Positions 27,411 through 39,211 of a stretch of 64,000 nucleotides of DNA are shown here, piece after piece. Under the pieces are notes generated by a model that saw only the letters and a list, made by a program, of their open reading frames with translations, did no database searches and was not told where the DNA came from. The stretch is from the NCBI GenBank assembly GCA_004022145.1, contig RCNU01000003.1. The stretch is one strand, 5' to 3'. The position numbers were made by a program, and so were the translations under genes. Origin of the DNA: Paecilomyces variotii. Its lineage: Eukaryota. How positions within the stretch are numbered: the first letter of the stretch is position 1; every line of letters starts with the position of its first letter.

Positions 27411-29474
27411 ACTAATTATTAAGTAATATAACCTTATTCTTAATCTATTATTAGGTTTATCGCTATTAGCTATAAAAGACCTAGAATTAAATTAAATAAT
27501 ATTAAAATTATATAAAATATATAGAGCTCTATCTTATTACTTAATATAATATAGTAGAGTTTATAATAATATTTAGTTACTAGTATTAATTATATATTAT
27601 TTATATTAGAAATGCTAAGAAATAATATAGGACTTAGGCTTAATTATATTCCTTAAATTCTACCTATTACTATAGTATTTATATAATTAATATTAGCACT
27701 GCTATTAATAAGGGCTATTAATATTATTATATTATCTATATAAAATAAAGCTATAATTAATATTATAACTATTATTTATTTAAAAGGTAATATATATAAG
27801 AATAAGGTATTAATTATATTAATCTTAATATTACTAATAACTACTAGTAATAATATTTACTAATTTATATTAAGCCTATTAAAGGGGGAATAGGCCTATT
27901 TCCTTATCTTCTCTTTTAATTTTTTAAGGAAGAAGTTTCTACTGCTTAAAAAGCCTTAAAGTAATATTTTTTTAATAGCCTTTTTTATTACAGTATAAAT
28001 ATAATCCTTTATTTTAATATCTTTTTTATTTATTATTAAGGAGTAAATACTTCTTATTCCTTTTAGAAGGCTAAAAGGAGTAATATTAATCTTATCTATA
28101 GCTTTAATCTTATCTATAGCCTTATTATAATATATCCTATAGCTCTTATTATAGTAACTAGCTATAATCTTATTATCTACTTATTTAATTCTATTTATAT
28201 TATTCTTATAGAGATAATTCTAAGTATCTTCTATTTTCTTATATATAGAGCTCTGCTTATTATATTGCCTATTTTTATTCTATATATAATATTAATAAAT
28301 AAGTAAAATATCTCTAATAGATTTCCTAAGCAATATATAGTATTAATTTTTAGCTAAATATATTACTAAAAGCAGTATTATTTTAATTTAAGTTAGCTAT
28401 AATTATTTTAAAATTATTTATAAAGTTTTAGAGAGATTAATTATATTATTAATAAAGCTTAAATATTTTTTATACTGCTATAATATTTATATTAGCTAGC
28501 CTATAATAATTAAGTAGTTATTATTATAGCAAGGTATAGTTTATAAAAATTAACTCTTTAAGATTATTAATTTTAAGCATTATAAGTCTTTATTTAATTT
28601 ATCTTTTTAAGTATAAATATAAGTATAATGCGCGTTCTTTTATATTATATAAGCCTTTATTATCTAGCTATTTATTAAATTTAATTATTTAATAATATAG
28701 TTCTTCAGAAGAACTATTAAATAGTTTAAGATATTAGAGCTTAGATTTCCTTAATAATATAGAGGTTAAGATTATACTTAATCTACTAGATATATAGCTG
28801 CTAGTCTATTCTAACTAATTTAAGAAACTCTAGGCTTATTAATTTTATATAATAATATCTAGCTATCTTTAAAGTTCTTATATTAAATTTCTCTACTATT
28901 AGAGTTATTTTATTATATTTATTATTGCTAAGTCTGCAGTTTATCTTATTAAAACTTTACTCTCTTATAATTATCTTATTAATTTAAATATTCTTACTAT
29001 AATAATATAGAATATTAATAGCTTTTATATACCTACTAATTATTTATTATTAGCGTTACTATTATTATCTATTATAGGCCCTTATATTATTTTAGATTAT
29101 TAAGTATTTTATTACTATTAAGTATACTAATTCTATAGTACTATTTTACCTCTATAAGTATAGGTTTAGCTTAAGTCCTAGATTACTATCTTACCTAACC
29201 TTATAATAACTATTAATTAGTCTTAATAAAGTCTTATTATCTATAGCTAAGGGCTAACTCTATTATTATATAATTTATTACTATTTATAAGTTATTATAA
29301 TAGCTAGTTTTACTTATAAAAATCTCTCTCTATAATTAATTATAGCCCTCTATTATATAATATAATTTCTTATAATAAAATATAATTATTTATAATTTTT
29401 AAATTAAGTTCTAAGAGTTCTCTAATAAGACTATTATAATTAATAAAAAAAAATTAATAAGAATAAGAATATAA

Positions 29475-29614
29475 TAATAGGGGTTTATATTAAAGATATT
29501 CTTATTAAAGGATTAAAGAAGATCTTAAGATCTTAAGAGTCTAAGTATAAGAAATTAATATATTATATAACCTGTAGGTTATATAACCTGTTAAAGAGGT
29601 ATTTCTCTATAATA
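29475..29614 (-). repeat. 5' LTR of element B (140 bp)
   Basis: Direct repeat of 14160-14303 with a small indel. Confidence 0.9.
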
Positions 29615-30697
29615 TAAACTTAGAATTACCTATTTTTATATTAAGATTAATAGCTTTATTATAGTAGTATTTAAATGCTTAAAAAATACTAATATCTAAT
29701 AGTTAGATTAAATAACTAGTATAAGGCATTAATATAAAAAAGAGAATCTTCTTTTTTTTATAATAGTTAAGTACTTTATATATTAAATAAGAGCTATATT
29801 TATTATATAAAAAGAGGCAATAAGTCTCTTACTAATAATAAGCTAACTAGTAATTAAAGTATTATATCTACTAATAGACTAAATAGTTATTTATATATCT
29901 AGAGTTAAATACTTTAATTACGGCATTAATATCTAAGAGCTTAAATTATTCTGCCTAGATATACTTACTAACTAGAATAATAAAGAGAGAAAGCATTAAT
30001 CTATTAATACTAATTATTTTAACTATAATAACTTTTTAAGAATTAGTATAATTATTTATATATAGCTTTTTTTTCCGCTCTAGGGTAATAATTTAATAAT
30101 CCTTTTCTTTTTCTATTTAAAAGCCTATCTTATCTATATTATAGAGATTTGCAGGTTATATATATAGATTAATTAGTATTTATTTATAGCGGTAATACTA
30201 GTCTTATATATTATTTAAATAATAAGCCCTTTTTCTATCTATATTAAGTGCTTATTGTTTTTATATAAATATCTTAAGATATTAAAAAAGGAACTATTTA
30301 AATTAATATTAGCTAATTCTTTATAAAGGTATTAAGGGATTTTAATAAGCTTAAGCTAGGATTATATTTATATAACTAGCTATTATTTTTTATATTAGAG
30401 ATAATCTAACTATATCTAAGCATTTAATATATTTATAGATAATAAGCTCTTAAGTTAGGGAAAATAGTTAATTTATTAGAGATCTATTAAATTATAAAAT
30501 ATAACTAAGATAGTAAGATTAAAGATATAAATAAGGCATATTAAACTAATGCGCAGCTTATATAAGATTAAGATTTAACTGATTAGATAATATAGATAGG
30601 GCATATTAAATCCTATTTTTAATATTATTATAGGATTTAGATATTATAGTAGACTATAAATAATATTAGAAGTTAAAATTTAATAAATCTTAATGAT

Positions 30698-30771
30698 TTT
30701 ACATTGAGCTAAGTGTTTGCGTTAAGGTAGCAGACCCGCGCTGCGCGCGGTGTCTAAAACTAGGGGCCGAT
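30698..30771 (-). repeat. Right terminal inverted repeat (74 bp) of the Fot1-like element
   Basis: TTTACATTGAGC...CAGACCCGCGCTGCGCGCGGTGTCTAAAACTAGGGGCCGAT followed by TA. Confidence 0.95.
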
Positions 30772-30794
30772 TAGTTAACCGATAACACTATCTA

Positions 30795-31400
30795 CGGAGT
30801 AGCGTGTTAAAAATTCTGGCGCGCACTAGTAAATTTGGCTGTAATACCCTAATACTCTAGCTGCTAATTATTTCCTTTTATAGGGTAATTAAAGCTATTC
30901 CCATTCATCATCTGTAACATCCTTAATATCCTTATATTCCTCCTACTCAGCAGTTAAACCAGCTAAGCCAGCTAAGCCGGCTATACTATTATTGTAAGGC
31001 GCAGGCCTTAGCAGTGCCCTGTAAACCCCCGGGAACTCTAGCTATTAGGCTATATAGTTCAGTGCTGGCTTAACTACGCTTAGGCATAGTTATTGTGGTC
31101 TTTTTAGCTGAGTGGTTAAAGGATCCAATTTACATAACCTAGAGCCAGTTAGGTCCTTAACAGCTAATACAGTCGCTGGCATAGTTGCTGGCAGTAGTGT
31201 TTGTATAGACTATAGAGTAGTTAGGAAGGTCTAGGATATAGAATATTAATCCAAATAGCTTTATATTTAATAAAAATAGTAGAAATAACAGTTAAAAGCA
31301 ACTATCAGCGGTATAGTTGTAGATAAAACAAATGATGAGTTGTAATCGGAATACAACGCTAGTGCTGGCGATCCGCCAGGATTTTTGACACGCTACTCCG
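30795..31400. mobile_element. 606-bp non-autonomous TIR element (MITE/deletion derivative, Tc1-mariner-like), lightly RIP-mutated
   Basis: 27-bp TIRs CGGAGTAGCGTGT(T/C)AAAAAT(T/C)CTGGCG at 30795-30821 and 31374-31400 (2 transitions). TA on both sides (30793-30794, 31401-31402). Confidence 0.85.
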
Positions 31401-32364
31401 TACACTACTAACTATTCTCGACGGATGAAAATGGAGAAGACGGGAAACTTGATCAGACATAGACTCATTTCCCGAAAGATTCCCGGAGTAAGAGATACTG
31501 TTAAGCGAACATTTCCGATATTGTTTTCGTGATCAGTGCTTGTCGGATTGGTCGGTTAGGAAATGCGGGGACGGTTGGAGATGGTCTGAGATGATTGACA
31601 TCTGCTACGCCATCATCGTTGAGATCTGGCTTACACCGCCAGGAACGATTGGTCCCATCCGTAGGTTAATCTGCTGGTGCGCCGGGGCAACGGAAGCTAA
31701 GGGTCAGATAGACTGTTGATAACCCCTATCAGGGGAGGGGGGTCATACTATCATCTATCGCGGTCTCGACGCCTCGGCTGGGCTTGCGTTAAGACGCAAC
31801 GGTCAGACAACTACGTAGTCTTTTGGAGAAAGATGGCTACTCTTACATCAGCACCTGAAGGAAAAATGGTTGTTTGATATGGCATCTTTCATATGCTATC
31901 ATCTATTCTGCATTCCTAATAGCATCATAAAACACATAGTTGCGTGATCGCCTGACGCTCCATCCAATAATAGCAATGCTGGGCAAGTATGATATTGACG
32001 GCTTAGCGTTCAGAATGAGGGTTGCTTGCCCAAAGCACAGAACTGAAATTGCTTGCAACCGAAGGCAGTAAAAGTCATGCCCCAAACTCCTCTAATTCCG
32101 TGATTGCCCGTACAGTACTCCGAACATGAAGCATTGATCAATAGGAACCGTCCTCAACCGAGACGGCAGCGCAGGTGCTAGAAATGTGATAATTTGGAAT
32201 GGCGTAACCGCCGAGATGTTTGTACCCAGAGACTCGTACGACATGCTGCCGAACCTGGAGTATTGTCTTTCGTAGAGCGTTCATCGATTGGTACCTGGTG
32301 TTTGTGGCCGGGCGGTACCGAGGCGGGATATTGATAGATTTGATAGGAATCGATCGCCAGCAGT

Positions 32365-32565
32365 TCATTTCAGGGCTGGCTGAGAAGGAGCGTCATAGCC
32401 AAGCTTGAGGAACCCATCTGTGAAAGCCCCCGTGGATTTGCCCTGAGAATCGGTGGAAGCAGTGGACGAAGCACTGTTGGAGCGAGTGGTCCGGTGAACA
32501 GTCTCCTGAGTAGACTCGGAAGGCAGGAGGACGAGGAACTTGTTGGTTGCAGTGTAGGTATACAT
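32365..32565 (-). CDS. Small 66-aa Ser/Thr-rich hypothetical protein (MYTYTATNKFLVLLP...GFLKLGYDAPSQPALK)
   Basis: C-terminal part of track ORF 32365..32901. ATG in TCAAAATG context, TATATAAG ~130 bp upstream (32696-32703, minus). Two FL-x-L motifs flank an RSNSASSTAS tract, a layout I associate with small conserved Pezizomycotina proteins. Confidence 0.6.
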   Translation of the reverse strand: MYTYTATNKFLVLLPSESTQETVHRTTRSNSASSTASTDSQGKSTGAFTDGFLKLGYDAPSQPALK

Positions 32566-35500
32566 TTTGAGGCTGGATAAAATACAAGTGAATACAAGTG
32601 ATATTACTAAGACTTCGAGAGCTTTGTAAATGAAGGAGACTGTGTTAATGATTTGAGTTGATGAAGGAAGAGGATAGATGGCGGATTGTTGACTGCTTAT
32701 ATACTGTAGATACTTGTGAAGGGCCACCTGGGAAGGAGCAGACGGAGGACTGCGGGCATTGGAATCGCCGATCCTATGCGCGTCCAGCCCCAGAACTCGA
32801 GATAAGAAAGACAGGGAGCGAGATGGTATTCCCCAGAGTGGGTGGATCGACTGACAACTGTTCTCCAAAGAAGTGGACAGACAAGAAATCCAAGAAGCCA
32901 AGCCGTGCCGTTTGCGAGCACTCCTTGTTGCCTATCTCCGCCATCAACGCTGCCTAGGACGCAGGATCGCCAAAGACAAGAGCACATGCCTGTCGCTTAT
33001 TATTTTTATGCGCATCGTCCTTTTTGGCCATAATCTCACCGTGTGTCGCAATAAGCGTCCCGGTGTCCATCTGTGCCACTGTGGACGATGCTATTGACGA
33101 CCGACAAATATAGACCGAAGTAGCCGCGGATGATCAGCACCGGACCGGAAAGCTAAGATAGGTCTCCAATTCGCCTGCCAGTTGACGTGATTCTGGCTGA
33201 GAGGTCGGCTGGTAAAAGGGGACCTCGGCTCGTTTCTTTTGGGACCTTGAGGCTTGGGGTCTATGTAGCGCGGGGCAAGATTCTTGGACCATCTAGTTAC
33301 GGAGTAGATCAGTGATTGCGACCACGCAGAACACAAAGAATAACTTCCTGCAGCAATAGTTATTGCACTGTACCACATTACTGCCTCGCAAGCATAGGGC
33401 CTGAGCTTCATTCCTCCAGATGCTCTCGACACAGATTCACTTGGCATGGCTTCGATCCTCGATAACCATCTTCTCGGCGCGTAACATGCCCCTCGACGCC
33501 GAGCCTTGGCGGTACGTATCGTGAATCTGGAGCCTTCGAGACCGATAGACCTGGACACATTCGTCGCTGATCGCCATGACACCGCGTTTATCCAAGAAAG
33601 GGAGACGACAACCATAGCTCTGGGCGAGAATGTAACGGCCGAACTGAAGCACGGGTGGTAGTTTCGATCGTGACGCCAGGCATTCACGGTGTGAGTAGAG
33701 CAGCGCCACGGCGGGACAGAGCTTGGGGGCTCAGGCTTGTCGAGATGATAGTGGAATCGTCCTCCCAGGGGTTCCAGAGATCCATGTAGATGATTCTCGA
33801 ATACGGTAAGCGTGAGGGTCTGTAGTATTATAACTGGTTAAGCTGAAGGAATCAAGCTTAGCAATCACCTGCCATGAGAGCGTACTCAGTGGGCTCGATA
33901 TTTGTTTACAGCGCTGTCTGCGCAGCCACAGATTTACCGCTGGACTTTCACAGCCCTCTTTGAACAAACGTCTTCAGCTTATAGGATGTTGACAACATCA
34001 CCACCGGACCGCAGTCTGCGCCCATGACAACTCTCTCGTCTGCTTTCTGCCAGTAGAATTTCATCCCGCCTGGACGCAGTAAGGCGCTTCAGATTCTTTC
34101 AACAGTGTTCCGTAGCCCGATCTGCGTCGTAAGATTCTCTAATGATTTGGTCCAAAGGTAGATGAGAATTAAGGGCGTGAATTTGTGTCTGGTAGGGAAG
34201 TGACGGGGTTCTGCTGGCACGTCTCAGAGTTCGTTTTGGATTTCCCAGTCGAGACAGACAACCTCCAGACACGAAGAAAGATAATGTGACGTGGGAGTCA
34301 TCTGGCACCTTTGATGCCGCACCAGAAGTTATGCCATGGCTGAAAGTTCTCCTGAACTTCATGTCGATTTAGACTTAGACCAGCTTCTGCTCTTGCGCCG
34401 CTGTCCGACAAGTCATCAACATGCAGAGCGTCACTGAATATGTCCGCGCAGCTCGATTCTTTAGCCATGAAATGATCAACCTCAATCTTGGAAACTTCCT
34501 ACCTGAATTACAATCGGCACTGCTTCTGCCATGTTGTGTCTTCGAAGAGTCTGATCTCCTGATATTAGATCACTCATATTGTGTCTGAAGAACCGAGATA
34601 TTTTTCTTTCATTGAATATATGCCCCTCATCCTGACCACAATCGGGTCACAAAGCTGGAAATATCTCACACCCTAATGCAGATGCGGCAGTGTGTCAAGA
34701 GCATTCCCATCTTTGTAATTTTTTAGCGGAATTCATTCAAGGCAATCGAATGGTAAGGTCAGGCTTACATGGAAGTAAGTGAGCTGTTCCCATTGTCTTG
34801 TAGACTCCCATCCTTACAGTTGGGAAAGTCTCCTTCGTATCCCATACTATTATTCGTTGGACAAGGGTAATATGTTTATGTCTCACATCTGAATGCCCGA
34901 GCAGCTCCGGCCATGGTAGATTGGAGCGCTCACGGAGTTGTGACTGCAACTGGCCGATGCTATTTTTGTCTCAACAGATGAACCTGTCGGAGTCGGACAG
35001 TCTGTTGGGAGGTAAGAATCATCAACATAACAAACCTTTCAGGATGATGATTGTCTAGAAACAATGCAGATGCTGAAAATTAAGAGTGGACAAGGTCGAC
35101 AACTTCTGCCGAACATAACAATGCAATTTATCATTCGCTCTCGGCACGGGCCACTCCTTGAAGAGTACCTAGTCAACCACACCAAGGCCAAATTGGACGC
35201 CACACGCAGTTGTTATTAGCAGGGTCTTTCGCCAACAGCAGATTTGGCGCCTGCGCAATCGTTGGTGGTTAAGAAATCCTCGACTCTGGTTGGTCCGATG
35301 CATTTTCTGTCACCAACATCATCGAAAGCTACCGGATGGTTGTTCGACCTGTGATGCTGTGAGGATTCTTGTCAGGTTCTATTTCTTCATGTTTTCCTGG
35401 TCAGACACCCAACTCTGATGGTTTCACTGCCATTGAATTGTTATGTTATATTATATTCCACTGTTTCTTTTGCTGTTTTGCCCTTGCAATGAGGCATATA

Positions 35501-35888
35501 TGTCATGTCAGTTGCGGCTCAATGTGTGCGGCACAGCTGCGTGACAACTTACCTCCACTTTTTCCCTTTGGGCGAGGCCGCAAGAGTGTGCGTGCGCCGC
35601 ATACTGAAAGTGGGTATAAGAAGGCCTAGGTCGACTGGAGATCGGACTTATTCGTATTGCTCTTTTTGAGTTTATCTATATCGCAATATATATGATTGTC
35701 CTATTGGCCCTTCAAGACTGTCTTGACTGAAGGCTTTCTGAGTTTCCACTGATTATTTGTTGAATGTGTCCACGAAGAAGTTGAGCTAGAAGTCTGTTCT
35801 TTGTCAGTTCATTTGACTTGCGCGCTCTTTCCTATATTAGGAACCAGAGACGCCGAATTTCCTCCTTTTCCAACAATAACGAGCAAAG

Positions 35889-36044
35889 ATGTGTTCAATG
35901 TACTTCTACGAATATGACTGCGGCTGCGTCATTCAGGAGACTAGCGTGGTTCCTTGCCCAAAGGTAGGAACTAAGGATTGCGAGGGAGTCAAGAAGAAAG
36001 TCACCAGAAGGGAGGGATATAACTGCCCTGCACATGGTGGCTAA
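35889..36044 (+). CDS. 51-aa Cys/His-rich microprotein MCSMYFYEYDCGCVIQETSVVPCPKVGTKDCEGVKKKVTRREGYNCPAHGG
   Basis: Manual translation (below the ORF-track cutoff). AAAGATG start context. MC-x8-CGC...C...C...CxxH layout like small fungal MC..CGH proteins. Confidence 0.65.
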   Translation: MCSMYFYEYDCGCVIQETSVVPCPKVGTKDCEGVKKKVTRREGYNCPAHGG

Positions 36045-39000
36045 ACGGTGAAGGGGAAAAAGAACCTCCAGAAAGGTATAGTGGGATTTTCCTTGCGTAC
36101 CCAACATCAAGTATCCCCGTTTCATTTGCTGAGAAGCGGAAGCAAAGGCCCGAAGGCGCTCGTGTTACGAAATATCACCGACGAAATGACTTTTTTTTTG
36201 ACGATTTTGCCCTCGTTTCTCATGAAAAGCAACATCCTTCATGATGTCTTTTCTCAGTCAGCAAGTCATGCAGTATTTGCCTGACCGTGTACTGGTGATA
36301 GGTGGATCGATTTGATGGCCTTTCGGGACCAGTACGACCAGTTTCCCTTTTCTTCCATAACGATCTCTTCTCCGGGGTCTGGATTCGAGTTCATGCTACA
36401 GTTCTGGGGTCCACAAAAAGGATGGCGGGGGGTGTTTGGCTGATTCGAACTCTTCTCTGACATTTCATTTCTGTTCTGAACCCACTTGACGTATTTCTCT
36501 TATACACGCACTCTAATAATATAGGCTCTGCACTCGCTGCATTTAGCATGCAGCAGCGTCCATATCAAAATGATCAATCACGAACCTTCAAAAGAAGGGC
36601 AGAAAATATAGGACAGAAGCAGCTATCAGTCAAGCGGTACTGCACCGGGGAACTGTAGCCTTGCAGATGAGCTACGTTGCGCATCATTTCTTGCATTTGG
36701 TCCCTGCATGGGGTTGACATGCATATCGGCCAGTACTCCCCGTTGAGCAAGGTCTGAATAGTAAGAAATGTGGGACTTAGCCTTGTGACTTATCTGCGTA
36801 TGACTTCTTACCGGCGTACAAGTGCCCATGGCAAAGATTAGGCAGTGCTCACTTCATGAGATAATAACATCTCCCCTACCTGATGTGAGGATAACGTATA
36901 CAACAAGTCTGTGATGGTCTCACGCGCGCTGACGAAACATCATCTTGATAGCAGGCGAGACTCGGAACGAACGAGGCCGGGACAGTGGTCTACTTCCTCT
37001 GACTATGTCTAGAGTTTCTCCAGAGACCTGCGGAAAGATATGTTTGCTGCATGTCAGAGGGACCGGCTACCTGACGTCGATCAAGGGGTTGCATCGACCA
37101 GGCGGTTATATTGTTATTGCCATGATTCCGAAAGAAGGTCCATGCCCTGGCTCCAGAATAGGGACTGACCGGCTTGAGACGCATAACAATGCTCGGCCAA
37201 CGTGAACCTGCCCCCTCACATCATGCCGGAAGAGTAGTACGAGTGGATACACGGACAAGAGAGATGGCACGGCAGGAAGTCTTCTGTGTGGCGCGGATGT
37301 ATCTGTCTCGTCAACCCGACAGGCGCGAAATGGCCCTTAAGATATGAAGAATAACCTATCGGGCCACGCCCGGATGCGAGCCCTAGGATGCACCCCGGAA
37401 GTTGAGCCGGGAGGGCCGACGTATATTTCGTTTTGAAGGGCCACATTACTTCAGCAAATCGTTGCATTTTCAATTGACAGGACAAGAACATTCAGGGTAA
37501 GATTGGACCGTGTAGACTGAGGAAAGTCTAGACCATTGAAGGGACGTTGCGGTATGGGACCCAACTGGGGAATATTGGTGGCGAAATATAACTTGTCGCT
37601 CACGAACATGATGCAAGACGACGAACATCATCACCACTTATGCACCTGCAATCTGGAGTAATGTGTTGCCCGTGTATGTACCACTCAAGAGTTTGCCAGC
37701 TGGTGTTTACTGCCCCCGTCAACGAGTATAACCTGAGAACGAATTTCCGTCAACAATTAGCACTAGATAGCTGTTTCTTCGAGTCTGGCTTGGTGGAGAA
37801 AGCCTTACCCGACCTGTGGACATGGAGCACGAGGGGCACGGCACATGCTCTTGGTATAACGGAGGCAAAGAACCGCGCTCAAAGCCTTTTAGCAAAAGGG
37901 CGGGCCTCTTGATAATTCCCACGCTGCTAATTATCCAGACAAGATGCATAGTCGACAACCAGAGGACGGTCGAGACGGGTAGACGTTTATCACATCCGAC
38001 CTACTTGCATGAGGTCCACACCACTATGCAGTCACCTGGTACCCGATTTGTAGCCCATAAGCGAAACACAGCATGATAGAGGCAATCCAAAGCACTAGGT
38101 GTATAATAGGTAAGAATAGCCGTGAAAATGGGAAATGTTGGTTCATCCGGGAATCTCATTCGCCCATGATCAACAGCGAGCATGACACCAAAACGTAACG
38201 TAACTAGAGACTCGAGGATAGTGTGACGAACACAGAACGAATTTTGTTTTAGTGGCTTCAAACGATAAACGCCGCAGGCAGCGGATTCGACAATATTCTC
38301 CCTATGGTAGGTTGCTAAGTGTTGCCAGCATTGCCTGGCCTTTTGGCGCAGATCGTTTGCACCTCAGATAGGCTGGTCTGGGAACCATATCCGCGCCGTC
38401 AATGTCTTCCAAAATTCATGCATAGCAGAGGTGGAGCCTCGCATCACGCTGATCGATTAGATGTTGCCTAAACATGCATAGTATTTCCATCCGGCAATGT
38501 ATGGTGGCGGGATTCGCAACCGCAGTTCCGCGTCTTAGTATTACACCATAATCGTACCTGGGTACTTCAGTATGGGCATTAAATCAGTCTTGAAAGGGCT
38601 TTAGGAAGCTATCAAGCCTTTTATTTCTTATTTTTAGCCTCCGACTGTTACTCTGAGGCTAGTAGCGTGGTGAAAGATTAGACGTAGCTTTCCGTATAGC
38701 CATAGTGAGGGGAGAAGCGCCAGTGGGGACGCTAGCCTCGAGATTATGACCAGAGATCTCAGATGCACGGGTACGCACGTTCAGATCTCCGCGAAGCCAT
38801 TACCGGAATTAAATTGGTAAATTGGAGAGCCTCTGGCCTGATGATGGACGCCTATGGAATCTATTCCGCCGGTGGATCAATTATTGAAACAGACGGGATA
38901 AATCCCGACTGGCAAGCGAGATGCATGAAAGATGCTATGATATAAGGAGCCAGAGACAGACGAAAGCCTTGAAAGAGGTTCAATAGACGCCAGCGGTATC

Positions 39001-39211
39001 CATTTTGAAGAGGCGCTGATGGTCTTGGGATGTCGACGCCAGGGATACACGTGACGCGCTCGGACCAGGTGAGCGTCTTCCAGGCAATTAACTAGTAGTT
39101 AATCACTCCAAGCTTTCTGCTCCGCCAGGATTTCGAAGTGGCACCATAACTCGCTTCCTTGCGAGTTGAGCTTGAATCTGTCAGCAAATAGAAAGTTGCA
39201 ATGCACATGTG

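Larger units (their letters stand above)
14160..29614 (-). mobile_element. Ty3/Gypsy chromovirus-type LTR retrotransposon B (~7.9 kb without insert C), RIP-degraded, short LTRs
   Basis: LTRs 14160-14303 and 29475-29614, TSD TAAAC (14155-14159 / 29615-29619), PPT GAGAGGAGGTAAA on the minus strand beside the left LTR. RT core at ~26511-26536 (IVYLNNIL, de-RIP VYLDD). Integrase relic at ~17270-17440 (de-RIP LSTAFHPQTDG.TERFNQTLEQYLR). Chromodomain relic at ~16700-16800. Confidence 0.9.
7367..30771 (-). mobile_element. Fot1/pogo (Tc1-mariner superfamily) DNA transposon, RIP-degraded, split into three pieces (7367-7948, 13990-14159, 29620-30771; ~1.9 kb reassembled)
   Basis: 74-bp TIRs flanked by TA (7365-7366, 30772-30773). 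Minus strand at 29681-29726 reads PYTSYLI*LLDISIF (DDE_1 motif PHTSHLIQPLD after reversing RIP). The frame continues across the element-B junction (~AIDL..KF..YEFL..FKSSTIKHAFAKTGLYPYNPDIVLEKL, de-RIP). Confidence 0.9.

Noticed and set aside
7367-30771. AT-rich block as mitochondrial insertion (NUMT), contamination or centromere
   Set aside because: It is fully accounted for by TIR/LTR/TSD-bounded TE relics with transition-biased decay. No mitochondrial genes are seen, and centromere identity cannot be judged from this sequence.
7367-31400. Starship or other giant cargo element
   Set aside because: No tyrosine-recombinase captain or intact cargo genes. The boundaries are ordinary Fot1-type TIRs.
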